Shown: piece after piece, positions 47,628 through 56,795 of the stretch
Layout of the letters: every line of letters starts with the position of its first letter
Position numbering within the stretch: position 1 is the first letter of the stretch
From: an uncultured archaeon
GTDB lineage: Archaea > Aenigmatarchaeota > Aenigmatarchaeia > CG10238-14 > SCSR01
Direction of reading: 5' to 3'
DNA: 64,000 nucleotides
Assembly: GCA_964601215.1 (NCBI GenBank)
Contig: CAZRMN010000001.1
Span: 334-64,333 of the forward strand
The notes under the pieces: generated by a model
The model's input: the letters and a program-made list of their open reading frames with translations, nothing else
Told to the model about the DNA's origin: nothing
The model's database searches: none
Translations under genes and position numbers: made by a program

Positions 47628-49051
47628 CTTTTCCTCTTTACCTCTTTTATTTCAAAATATCCACACTTAGTGCACTTTCTACTCACAACATACTTTCCTT
47701 TATATGTGGTTTCAAGTCTTCCTCCGCATATAGGACATCTTTTAACTGCTATTAACAAGAACATGTAGGCTGCGACTACTATTGGTCCAATAATTCCAGT
47801 TATTATAAGCGTTGATTTTATTAGTTCAAGTCTACTTTCAATAACTTCTGGACATGTACCACAGTCTTCTGGACAAGTTTCACAACTTTCTGTGGGTTCA
47901 CATACCCCATTTCCACAAGAAATTTCAGGAGGTGGTATTGGTTTTACGTATAAGCTAACTTGAGTTTCATTAGTTAGCTCATCAGAAATTACTTTTATTT
48001 TAAATCTATAAGTTCCACTTTTTGTTGGAGAATAGCTTATGATAAAACTTTTTGTTTCTCCAGGAATAGCTTTTGAATAACTACTAGGCTGAATTGAATA
48101 CCAGCTTGCATCTAAACCCTCAACTCCTATTTTTATGTTATGTAAATCCACATTTCCTTCATTCTTCACTAGAATATTTCTTGCTGCAGTTTCATTCTCA
48201 AAAAGTTCGATATAAGTATCGATAACATAAGACCATGCTATTACTTTTTTAGGGGGCGCAGGTGTTGGTGTGGGTGTTGGAGTTGGTGTTGGAGTTGGTG
48301 TAATTGTTTGTACTTGAACACTCGCAGAATCACTACTTCCAAATCCTTCAGATGAATTTCCAATTACAGAAAAGAAATAAGTACCAGTAGAAGAAGGTGC
48401 GGCAACAGTTATATTATTCCAGAAGGATTGTCCTGGAGAAAGAGAAGCTACACTTACATTTAAGCTTCCAGAAGCTAAACTCCAGCCAGATGGTAAGACC
48501 CAAGTAAGCCAAACGTTACTTGCGTCTCCTGAACCAGTATTAGTTGCTTTTGCACTCAAACTAACTTGTTGGTCAGGAGAAACTGAACTAGGAGCATCAA
48601 CGATTTCTGCAGAAATATAAGGCTGAGGTAATGTAGAAGCAATTAAAGTGCCAGTTACAGTTTCATAAGAAGGAGAAACATCAGGGGTAGTTGCATTAAC
48701 TTTTATAGAATAATCATAAGTCCCAGCTTGTGAAGGAACTGTAGCGTTAACTTGTATATATTTTAACTCTCCTACAGCCAGCGAAAAGGTTGAGGAAGTG
48801 TTAAAAGAAATCCATGCTTGGTTTGGAATTAATTCAAAATTTATAGTTTTTGTACCAGTATTGTTAAGTCTAAAAACACCAAGTATTACTTCTGTACCTA
48901 CCATTCCAGATTTTGTCCCAAAGGAAGTGGGATAAATTTCCCAATCTAAAGGACCATATTCAATTGTAATTTCGACTACTGTTGAAAAAACTAAAGGTAA
49001 AAATAGTAAAAAGAAAGCTGATACAAATAAAATTAAAGTTTTACCTTTCAT
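47624..49051 (-). CDS. Surface protein with CARDB-like domains, a Pro-Thr linker, a Cys-rich module, a C-terminal TM anchor and a zinc ribbon
   Basis: Signal peptide, PTPTPTPTPTPTPAPP, CGNGVCEPTESCETCPEDCGTCPE, TM segment ITGIIGPIVVAAYMFLLIA, then CPICGG...CTKCG. Confidence 0.4.
   Translation of the reverse strand: MKGKTLILFVSAFFLLFLPLVFSTVVEITIEYGPLDWEIYPTSFGTKSGMVGTEVILGVFRLNNTGTKTINFELIPNQAWISFNTSSTFSLAVGELKYIQVNATVPSQAGTYDYSIKVNATTPDVSPSYETVTGTLIASTLPQPYISAEIVDAPSSVSPDQQVSLSAKATNTGSGDASNVWLTWVLPSGWSLASGSLNVSVASLSPGQSFWNNITVAAPSSTGTYFFSVIGNSSEGFGSSDSASVQVQTITPTPTPTPTPTPTPAPPKKVIAWSYVIDTYIELFENETAARNILVKNEGNVDLHNIKIGVEGLDASWYSIQPSSYSKAIPGETKSFIISYSPTKSGTYRFKIKVISDELTNETQVSLYVKPIPPPEISCGNGVCEPTESCETCPEDCGTCPEVIESRLELIKSTLIITGIIGPIVVAAYMFLLIAVKRCPICGGRLETTYKGKYVVSRKCTKCGYFEIKEVKRKS
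48252..48292 (-). repeat. Tandem hexanucleotide repeats encoding the Pro-Thr linker
   Basis: ggtgttggtgtgggtgttggagttggtgttggagttggtgt on the plus strand; coding low-complexity repeat. Confidence 0.8.
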
Positions 49052-49148
49052 AAATTTCTATAAAGAACTTGAAAATCTTTATTAATAAATATTAGTTTTG
49101 AACTATCTTTAAATTTAAATAACAAAATATATAGTTAAGTGAAGCTTT

Positions 49149-50108
49149 ATGAAGGAAATTTATATTTATGCTGAAAAATATCGACCTGAAAAGCTTAATG
49201 AAGTAATAAATCAAAAGCATGTTGTAGAAAGAGTCAAAGCTTTTGTTAAAGAAAAAAATATCCCTCACATGCTTTTTGCAGGACCTGCGGGAACGGGTAA
49301 GACGACTGTTGCTCTTTGTATTGCAAAAGAATTATATGGAAAAAAATGGAGGCAAAATGTTCTTGAGTTAAATGCTAGTGATGCTAGAGGGATAGATGTA
49401 ATAAGAGGCCAGGTAAAAGATTTTGCAAGAACAAAACCTATAGGAGAAATTCCTTACAAAATTATAATTCTAGATGAAGCAGACGCTCTAACTCCTGAAG
49501 CTCAACAGGCTTTACGTAGAACTATGGAAAATTTTACCCATGTTTCCCGTTTTATTCTAATCTGTAACTGGAGTTCTAAAATTATCGAACCAATTCAAAG
49601 CAGAGTAGCGGTTTTTAGGTTTAGAAGTTTAGAAGAAAGTGAAATTAAAAAATTCATTCAAAGAATAGTAAAAGGTGAAAAATTAAAAATTGCAGAAAAT
49701 GCAATAAAAGCAATAGTTTATATTTCTGAAGGAGATTTAAGAAAAGTTGCTAATTTATTGCAGGCTTGTGCAGCTCTCGGCAGAAGAATTACAGAAGAAG
49801 TTGTTTATGAGGTAGCTTCAAAAGCTAAACCTACTGATGTAAAAGAAATGCTGGAATTAGCTATAAAAGGTAAGTTTAAGGAAGCAAGAAAAAAATTGCA
49901 AGATATGATTTTAAGGCAAGGTTTAGCGGGAAGTGATATAATTGCTGAAATTCATAGACAAATTTATTCTTTAAACTTACCAGAAGAAGCAAAAGTTAAG
50001 CTAATAGAAAAATGTGGTGAATATGAGTTTAGAATAAGTGAAGGCTGTAATGAATTAATCCAACTTGAAGCTTTACTCGCCCAATTTTTGCTATTTTCTA
50101 AGAAATAG
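49149..50108 (+). CDS. rfcS: Replication factor C small subunit
   Basis: GPAGTGKTT, DEAD-like ILDEAD, SRC motif region. Confidence 0.9.
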   Translation: MKEIYIYAEKYRPEKLNEVINQKHVVERVKAFVKEKNIPHMLFAGPAGTGKTTVALCIAKELYGKKWRQNVLELNASDARGIDVIRGQVKDFARTKPIGEIPYKIIILDEADALTPEAQQALRRTMENFTHVSRFILICNWSSKIIEPIQSRVAVFRFRSLEESEIKKFIQRIVKGEKLKIAENAIKAIVYISEGDLRKVANLLQACAALGRRITEEVVYEVASKAKPTDVKEMLELAIKGKFKEARKKLQDMILRQGLAGSDIIAEIHRQIYSLNLPEEAKVKLIEKCGEYEFRISEGCNELIQLEALLAQFLLFSKK

Positions 50109-51323
50109 TTGATCAGCTTGACTTGGGCAGAAAAATATAAACCAAAAAGTTTAAAGGAATTTGTGAATCAAAAAGAAGCTTTAGAAGAATTTTTAAAATG
50201 GATAAAATCTTGGAAGCCTGGAAGTAAAGCTTTGCTTTTGTATGGGATGCCAGGTGTTGGTAAAACTGCCTTAGTAGAAGCTTATGCTTCGGAAAAAAAA
50301 GTTGATTTAATTGAGATGAATGCAAGCGACTTTAGGTCTTCAGTTCAAATAAAAAGAATATTAGGAAGTTCTATAACTCAAGCTTCCTTATTTAAAAAAG
50401 GAAAAATTTTTTTGATAGATGAAATAGACGGAATAGCAGGAAGAGAAGATAGAGGTGGAGTGGGAGAAATAATTAAAATAATCAAAACATCAAGGTTTCC
50501 TATTGTATTGACTTGCAATAACCCATATGACCCAAAGCTTAGAAGTTTAAGGCAATATTGCAAGCTTGTCCAATTCAAAAAAATTTATGTTTGGGATATA
50601 GTTAAGCGCTTAGCTTACATTTGCAAAAAGGAAGGAATAAAAGCTAGTAAGGATATACTCAAAAAAATCGCTTCTTTAAGTAAGGGTGATTTAAGAGCAG
50701 CTATAAATGATTTAGAAACGATAGCAAGAGGTAAAAGAGAAATAGTTGAAAAAGATTTGGAAGTCTTAAGTTATAGGGAAAGAGAGGAAAGTATTTTTGA
50801 TGCTTTAAAAATGATTTTTAAAACTAGAACTGCTCTAGCAGCTAAACTTTCGATAATTAATGTTGATAAAGATCCTGATGAAATTTTTTGGTGGATAGAA
50901 AATAATATTTTAAATGAATATGAAAAACCTGAAGAAATTGCAAAAGCTTTTGAAGCTTTGAGTAAGGCAGATTTGTTCAGGCGAAGGGTTTCTTCAAGGC
51001 AAAATTGGAGACTTAAAGGTTATATGATAGACCTTATGACTGCTGGAGTTTCTTCTGCAAAAGAAAAGGTTTACAAGAAGTTTACAAAATATCAATATCC
51101 AGAAAAACTTATAATTCTAGGAAGTACAAAACAAATGAGAAAGGAAGAAAAGGAACTTCTACTAAATCTTTCAAAAATTTTACATTGTTCAATAAGAAAA
51201 TTAAAAAAAGAGTTTTTACCGTTCATTAAAATTTGGTTCAAAAACAAGAAAATGAAAGAAAACTTGTTAAATTCCTTAGGTTTGGACAGACAACATGCAG
51301 AAATTTTAAAAAATATTAATTAA
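50109..51323 (+). CDS. rfcL: Replication factor C large subunit; TTG start immediately after the rfcS stop
   Basis: WAEKYKPKSL, GMPGVGKTA, DEIDG. Confidence 0.85.
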   Translation: MISLTWAEKYKPKSLKEFVNQKEALEEFLKWIKSWKPGSKALLLYGMPGVGKTALVEAYASEKKVDLIEMNASDFRSSVQIKRILGSSITQASLFKKGKIFLIDEIDGIAGREDRGGVGEIIKIIKTSRFPIVLTCNNPYDPKLRSLRQYCKLVQFKKIYVWDIVKRLAYICKKEGIKASKDILKKIASLSKGDLRAAINDLETIARGKREIVEKDLEVLSYREREESIFDALKMIFKTRTALAAKLSIINVDKDPDEIFWWIENNILNEYEKPEEIAKAFEALSKADLFRRRVSSRQNWRLKGYMIDLMTAGVSSAKEKVYKKFTKYQYPEKLIILGSTKQMRKEEKELLLNLSKILHCSIRKLKKEFLPFIKIWFKNKKMKENLLNSLGLDRQHAEILKNIN

Positions 51324-51341
51324 CAATTTGGTATTTTAATT

Positions 51342-54300
51342 ATGAGAGTATTGTTATTTTTTGTATTATTTTTTCTACTATTTTTACCAGTTGCTTTTGC
51401 TGCTTGTCCACCCGCTTGTCCACCTGATTACCAATGTGGAGGGTACGTAGACCCAGGTACTTATTATGGCTGTTTTGAAGGAAGTGGAAAAAATCAAAGT
51501 TGGTATAGTGATTTCTCCTCTTATACAAGAGTCAACTTTACGGTAAGTTTATCTATGAGTTCTGATGATGATTTAGATTTATTCCTTTATGATCCCGACG
51601 GGTTTCTCATAGATAAATCGAGTTCAAAAATTCCTGGAGCCCCTGAACAGATTTCAATTTGCGGCAAAAACGGTACTTGGACGAGTGATGTGTATTCCTA
51701 TAGCGTTCAAGGCGGTTATGCAAGTTATTCAATAACAATTTCAGCGATTAATCAGGAATGTTGTGATGATTCCGATTGTGAAACTGGAGAGATATGTAAA
51801 AATGGTCAATGTGTTTTTCATTGCTATCCTGAAGGTGCAGAATGTAGTGATGATTCCGAATGTTGTTCAGGAATTTGTGATGAAAGATGTTGTAAAGCAA
51901 CTTGCCCACAAGATGATTTCACTTGTTCTGGAAGTAGTATTACTTATAGAGAATATTACTGTGATGTTAATGGAGATTGTAAGTATAATGAGTATTTAAG
52001 AGATTGGAATAAACCAGATTCCAATGGATACATAAGAGATTGGCTTATATTGGGACCTTTTAAAGATATAGATTGCGGTTGTGAACCTTGTTTTTCTTCA
52101 TCTATGGAAAGACGAGGGTGCGACAATTGGTTTGATTTTTCTTCCATCTCTCCTATTGGAGGAATGAAAACAGCTGGCCAAACCTGGTTTATTCACCATA
52201 ATAGTGATGAGTTAATCGATTTTGAAAACGATGTTTTTGGTAGTGGTGTATTAAAAGATTATGTTACTGCTTTTGCTTTCGCATATATTTATTCTCCTGA
52301 AGAAAGAGATGCAAAATTAGCTGTTGGATACAATAATGGTATAACTGTTTGGTTGAATGGAAATAAAATCCTAGATAAATCATCGGAATGTAGATATGGT
52401 TATGGAGAAACTGAGGATGTTGTAAACACTCATTTGAACAAAGGAATGAATAAACTTCTGATTAGAGTGGGCGAAAAAACTGGAGTTTGGGTCTTTAAAG
52501 CTAGGTTCAAATTCTTAGATGGTAGGCCTATGACTGATGTAAATATTTCTATTCCTTCTTACAGTTATAATTGTGAAGATTTTAATGGATGGGTTACTTA
52601 CACATTTTCGTCTTCCTCGTGTTGTAGTTTATACAACTATACTTATTATGCCTCTTATTATTGTTCAGGAAAAAGTTGTAAACAAACTGCCTCTAGCGCA
52701 ACTTCAGAAAAAATATCAGACTTAAATACTGGATTGGCTTGTGGAAATAATTACTGTTCAGGAGCTTATGGATATAATAAAACATGTGCAAACGGATACT
52801 GTACCTCATTTTTAATTTTGAATTGTAGTGATAATTATGCTTGCACTTATGACAGATGCTCAGGATTAGCTTCCAGTTGTTATCATTGTGTTAACGAGGG
52901 TTATTCAACTTCTTCTCCAGGGTGTAATTATGTGTGTTGTTCTGGATTGACTTTAAAGTCATGTTCATTCGGTAGTGTTTGTTGTCCTCGAGATTATTGC
53001 TATTATTCTAGTTATTATTATCCTACTCCTTGCAAAAGATGTAGAACAAAAACTTGTTATGTCTATAGTTGTCCATCGGTTGAAGGAGAAAGATGCCCTT
53101 ATACGGTTACTCAAACAGAAGAATGTGAAAATGTAAATGAGGGTAAAATTTGTGATGTAGGAAGTTCTCAATGTATTGATGAATGTAACAAAGGAAGAAA
53201 TGTATATAAGTGTACAAGCGGTGAATGTTTACCTACAAATGAATTTGCAAGTTTAGTGGCCTATTGGAAGTTTGATGAAAATTCTGGGGATAAAGCTTAC
53301 GATAGTTCTGGATATGGAAATAATGGAACTTTATATGGGGGATTAGATACAACGGGTTGGACAAACGGAAAATTCAATTTTGCTCTTAATTTTGATGGTA
53401 TTGATGATTATGTTTCAATTCCTAATTCACCAAGTTTGCAGACTATAGCTCAATTAACTATAGAAGCATGGATAAACATAAATAAAATTCAGTCGAGGAT
53501 GACAATAGTAAGTAAACATTACAATGAGTATGAACTAATGATAGATAACTCTGGAAGCCAACTAAGGTTCTATAAATTCGATAGGAATTCCAATTATTGG
53601 GAATGTGCTTACATTTCTTTTAGTTTTGAAACACAAAAATGGTATCATCTTGGAGTAACAATGAATGGAACTAAAATAACATTTTACATAAACGGTGTAA
53701 AATATTCCCCATCAGGCTACTTTTATTCACCAATGGCTTATGGGACTATTCCTGGAACACATCCACTTTATATAGGTAGAAGAGTATGGAGTACGAACTA
53801 TTTTAATGGAATAATAGATGAAGTAAAAATTTATAATTATGCTTTGACCGATGAAGAAATTCTAAAAGAATATTTGAATGGTCCTTATTCCAATCCTAAT
53901 TCTTGTTCCCCCTTTTCCTGTTCTCAAGGGATTTGCACAGATATCTGCAAAAGTAATTGTGGTGCTGATTTAAGTTGCGATGAAAAAGCTATTGGTTCAT
54001 CTTGTGAAATTAATAAAATATGCAACGAGAGTTGTAATTGTGTACTTGATTGTTCTATCTTTGATGAGAATTCTTGCCCTGCTCCAGATTGCGAGTGGTG
54101 TAGTGGAGATAATCAATGCAAACCTGCTTCACAAGTTGAATGTCAACCAGGTCAATGTAATGGAAACGCTTTATACTGTAATGCTCATTGCACTTGGTCT
54201 TTATGTCCTGGAACAAATGCTGAATGTTCTTGTAAAAATGGTATTTGTGAGCCTTGTATAGGAGGAACATGTAACAATTTTATTTGTCAACTTCCTTGTT

Positions 54301-54935
54301 CTCCTGGTGAATGTAGTATACCTACTCCGCCTTTTTGTATTTCGAATGGACAATGTTGGGGAGATTATATTTGCAGAAACGGAAATTTAGAAGAACATAA
54401 AGGGGATGGGATTTGCAATTGTGGAGAAACTAGTTTAGATACTCCCGAAGATTGCAAAAGATATCATATCACACTATATAGAGGATGGAACCTTATTTCC
54501 ATACCTTTCAAAAAAATTTCAACAATAGAATCAGATACTTGCAATTCTGAAAATTTACCATTTTACCATTGGGATAATCAAAATAAAAAATGGGAAATAG
54601 TTTACGGAATTACTAATTTAAAATTTGGAGAAGCTTATTGGGTTAATCCTCAATGGCATCTAGGTAAAGAATATATGCCTTTGTATGAAGGTTGTGATAT
54701 AAACATATCTGCAAGTGATGCTGGCTCTCTTTCCGAGTTACCAGACTTAACTGCAGGATATAATCAAGTGGGCTCTGTTTGGAATAGGATATCACCTTTT
54801 CCTACAGGGAATTGTCAAATTTCTATTGGTCCTCTATACTGGGACCCTCACAAAAAAAGATGGTCTGAGGCATCGGATATGATAAGAGGACAGGGATATT
54901 GGATTTATACTACTAACGATTGCAGATTAGGCTAA
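51342..54935 (+). CDS. Giant secreted Cys-rich protein (1197 aa) with a LamG/ConA-like domain and many EGF-like or knottin-like Cys modules
   Basis: Signal peptide; LamG pattern YWKFDENSGDKAYDSSGYGNNG...IEAWININ...IDEVKIYNYALTDEEI; very high Cys content. Confidence 0.5.
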   Translation: MRVLLFFVLFFLLFLPVAFAACPPACPPDYQCGGYVDPGTYYGCFEGSGKNQSWYSDFSSYTRVNFTVSLSMSSDDDLDLFLYDPDGFLIDKSSSKIPGAPEQISICGKNGTWTSDVYSYSVQGGYASYSITISAINQECCDDSDCETGEICKNGQCVFHCYPEGAECSDDSECCSGICDERCCKATCPQDDFTCSGSSITYREYYCDVNGDCKYNEYLRDWNKPDSNGYIRDWLILGPFKDIDCGCEPCFSSSMERRGCDNWFDFSSISPIGGMKTAGQTWFIHHNSDELIDFENDVFGSGVLKDYVTAFAFAYIYSPEERDAKLAVGYNNGITVWLNGNKILDKSSECRYGYGETEDVVNTHLNKGMNKLLIRVGEKTGVWVFKARFKFLDGRPMTDVNISIPSYSYNCEDFNGWVTYTFSSSSCCSLYNYTYYASYYCSGKSCKQTASSATSEKISDLNTGLACGNNYCSGAYGYNKTCANGYCTSFLILNCSDNYACTYDRCSGLASSCYHCVNEGYSTSSPGCNYVCCSGLTLKSCSFGSVCCPRDYCYYSSYYYPTPCKRCRTKTCYVYSCPSVEGERCPYTVTQTEECENVNEGKICDVGSSQCIDECNKGRNVYKCTSGECLPTNEFASLVAYWKFDENSGDKAYDSSGYGNNGTLYGGLDTTGWTNGKFNFALNFDGIDDYVSIPNSPSLQTIAQLTIEAWININKIQSRMTIVSKHYNEYELMIDNSGSQLRFYKFDRNSNYWECAYISFSFETQKWYHLGVTMNGTKITFYINGVKYSPSGYFYSPMAYGTIPGTHPLYIGRRVWSTNYFNGIIDEVKIYNYALTDEEILKEYLNGPYSNPNSCSPFSCSQGICTDICKSNCGADLSCDEKAIGSSCEINKICNESCNCVLDCSIFDENSCPAPDCEWCSGDNQCKPASQVECQPGQCNGNALYCNAHCTWSLCPGTNAECSCKNGICEPCIGGTCNNFICQLPCSPGECSIPTPPFCISNGQCWGDYICRNGNLEEHKGDGICNCGETSLDTPEDCKRYHITLYRGWNLISIPFKKISTIESDTCNSENLPFYHWDNQNKKWEIVYGITNLKFGEAYWVNPQWHLGKEYMPLYEGCDINISASDAGSLSELPDLTAGYNQVGSVWNRISPFPTGNCQISIGPLYWDPHKKRWSEASDMIRGQGYWIYTTNDCRLG

Positions 54936-55351
54936 GGCCTAGTTACTGAAAATTCTGAATACAATCTTGCTTGTGAAGATTCTAAATAAATTTTGGCTTC
55001 GACTACCGCATTCATAGGTGGTGGTTCATCTGCACAAGGAGAAATTGTGTAATGAATATCTAAGATATAATTTTTTTCAGAAGCAAACCTTTCAGCAAAA
55101 TTTTTGAATTCATCTAAGTTATACTTCAAGTCTTCACAAGTTTTGCTAGTTTTAACTGTTTCTTTGAATTTTTCGACTATATTGTCAAAAACAAAAGATT
55201 CATCACTTAAAGCAACAAAAGAGGTGTCAGGAATAGTGTAAGGTTCTAACCATCTACTTACAAAAAATATTATTGTTACTATAGCAACTGCAGATAGAAC
55301 AAAAAATTGCGCTTTCCTAGAGCTTAACAAACTGAGCATGAGGGACCCCAT
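54932..55351 (-). CDS. Membrane-anchored protein with a pilin-like N-terminus (RKAQFFVLSAVAIVTIIFF)
   Basis: N-terminal hydrophobic segment following RKAQ. Confidence 0.3.
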   Translation of the reverse strand: MGSLMLSLLSSRKAQFFVLSAVAIVTIIFFVSRWLEPYTIPDTSFVALSDESFVFDNIVEKFKETVKTSKTCEDLKYNLDEFKNFAERFASEKNYILDIHYTISPCADEPPPMNAVVEAKIYLESSQARLYSEFSVTRP

Positions 55352-55607
55352 TAATTAAAATAATATTTTCTCTTGTTATAAAACCATTCTTTTCAGCTAG
55401 TTCAACAATTTTTTTACCTAAAAGATTACCAATGGTTGCTTTTTCCATAATTTTTATCGCAATTTTTTCATCAATTAGTCTTCCCCCATAGAATTCTTTT
55501 TTTGCTTTTATGTTTAGCCTTTTATCTATCGTTTTTTCCAAAAGTTCTTCATCACATATGGCTACAAGGATATCGTATTTAGTGTTAAAAATTTTACTCC
55601 AAAACAT
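55317..55607 (-). CDS. Small conserved hypothetical protein
   Basis: ORF of 96 aa. Confidence 0.3.
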   Translation of the reverse strand: MFWSKIFNTKYDILVAICDEELLEKTIDKRLNIKAKKEFYGGRLIDEKIAIKIMEKATIGNLLGKKIVELAEKNGFITRENIILINGVPHAQFVKL

Positions 55608-56017
55608 TACTTACTCCTTACAGAATATTTTGCACCACAAGCTTCACACTTTAAAAAACTTATTCTTCCTTCTTTTACAATTTTTGTGTCTGGTTGTTTG
55701 CACTCTTTACACAAAACAAATTCCTTTACATATTCTTCAAGTTTTTTTTGTAAAATTTCTTTTGATATTCTACCTTGAAAAACTAAATAACTTCCTTCCA
55801 CGCTTGCGGCAGTAGCTAATTCTTTTGAAATAAATTTAGTAAAATGTTTAACATCCCTTCTCAAAACATTTAAAATTTCGTTTAAGTTTTTAAGAATTGT
55901 TTTATTCCCATGAATTTCAGAAATAACTCTAGGCATTTCAAACCTTTTTCTCTCTTCTACCCTTTTTGGAAGTTTTTTAAGAGCTTTTTCAAGCATTTCT
56001 TCATACTTCATCTTCAC
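55607..56017 (-). CDS. eif2b: Translation initiation factor 2 subunit beta
   Basis: C-terminal zinc ribbon CKECKQPDT...CEACGA and the aIF2-beta core. Confidence 0.85.
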   Translation of the reverse strand: MKMKYEEMLEKALKKLPKRVEERKRFEMPRVISEIHGNKTILKNLNEILNVLRRDVKHFTKFISKELATAASVEGSYLVFQGRISKEILQKKLEEYVKEFVLCKECKQPDTKIVKEGRISFLKCEACGAKYSVRSK

Positions 56018-56751
56018 ACCTTCTTGAAAATTCCTGGCCTAGGTTCATAAAGAGTACCTGATGCAAGCAATTCATTAATCGCATTATCAATTACATTTTC
56101 TGGTAAATCTGAAAGTTGAAGGATTTTACTTATTTCCACACCCTCGCCTTCGTCCAAATCCTCAATAAGTTTGAGTATTTTGGGTTTATAATCTATTTCT
56201 TGGGAAACTTTTAAGTTTTCTTGAATTACTCTTAAACTTTCCCTATCTATACCAAACTTTTTTTTCACATATTCCTCCAATTCTTCTGAGTTTATTTTTC
56301 CTTGCAGTTTTTTTATTTCTTCCAAAATTTTTTTCTGTTCTACTAACTCGTTCAAAATTTCCAGTTTTCTTAAAATTTCAAGATTTTTATTCTCAACTTT
56401 TCTTACTATTTCTCCATTTATATAAACCTCGCCATTATATTCTTTTATTTTTCCTATTACTATTACCATATCACCTATTTCTATTTCTTTTAATAAATCA
56501 ACTTTTTCTCTGAAAGTCTTTACTCTTATAGTTTCAGTTCCATCATCAATAGTAATAGTAGAATAGTTTTCATCCTCGCTCAAAAATTTATCTATGACAG
56601 TTGCTACTAAATTTACCCTAGAAATTTTTTGGCCAAAAGGGGTTATCAAATAACTTGGTTTCATCCCTTCTTTTTCACCAAAGTAGAACTTCCCGTTTAC
56701 TATATCACAAATTCTAACTTTTTTTGCTGGTAGTCTTTTTTTGTCACTCAT
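56014..56751 (-). CDS. OB-fold protein with a C-terminal winged helix (RPA2-like ssDNA-binding candidate)
   Basis: OB-like segment VNLVATVIDK...IRVKTF...GDMVIVIGKIKEYNGEVYINGEIV, then coiled-coil and wH. Adjacent to MCM. Confidence 0.35.
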   Translation of the reverse strand: MSDKKRLPAKKVRICDIVNGKFYFGEKEGMKPSYLITPFGQKISRVNLVATVIDKFLSEDENYSTITIDDGTETIRVKTFREKVDLLKEIEIGDMVIVIGKIKEYNGEVYINGEIVRKVENKNLEILRKLEILNELVEQKKILEEIKKLQGKINSEELEEYVKKKFGIDRESLRVIQENLKVSQEIDYKPKILKLIEDLDEGEGVEISKILQLSDLPENVIDNAINELLASGTLYEPRPGIFKKV

Positions 56752-56795
56752 CTAACTCTTATATAATTTTCAACATTTTAAAGTTTTAGAAAATT

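Noticed and set aside
48236-48300. Tandem hexanucleotide repeat
   Set aside because: It encodes the Pro-Thr linker of a surface protein, so it is coding low complexity and not a distinct repeat element.
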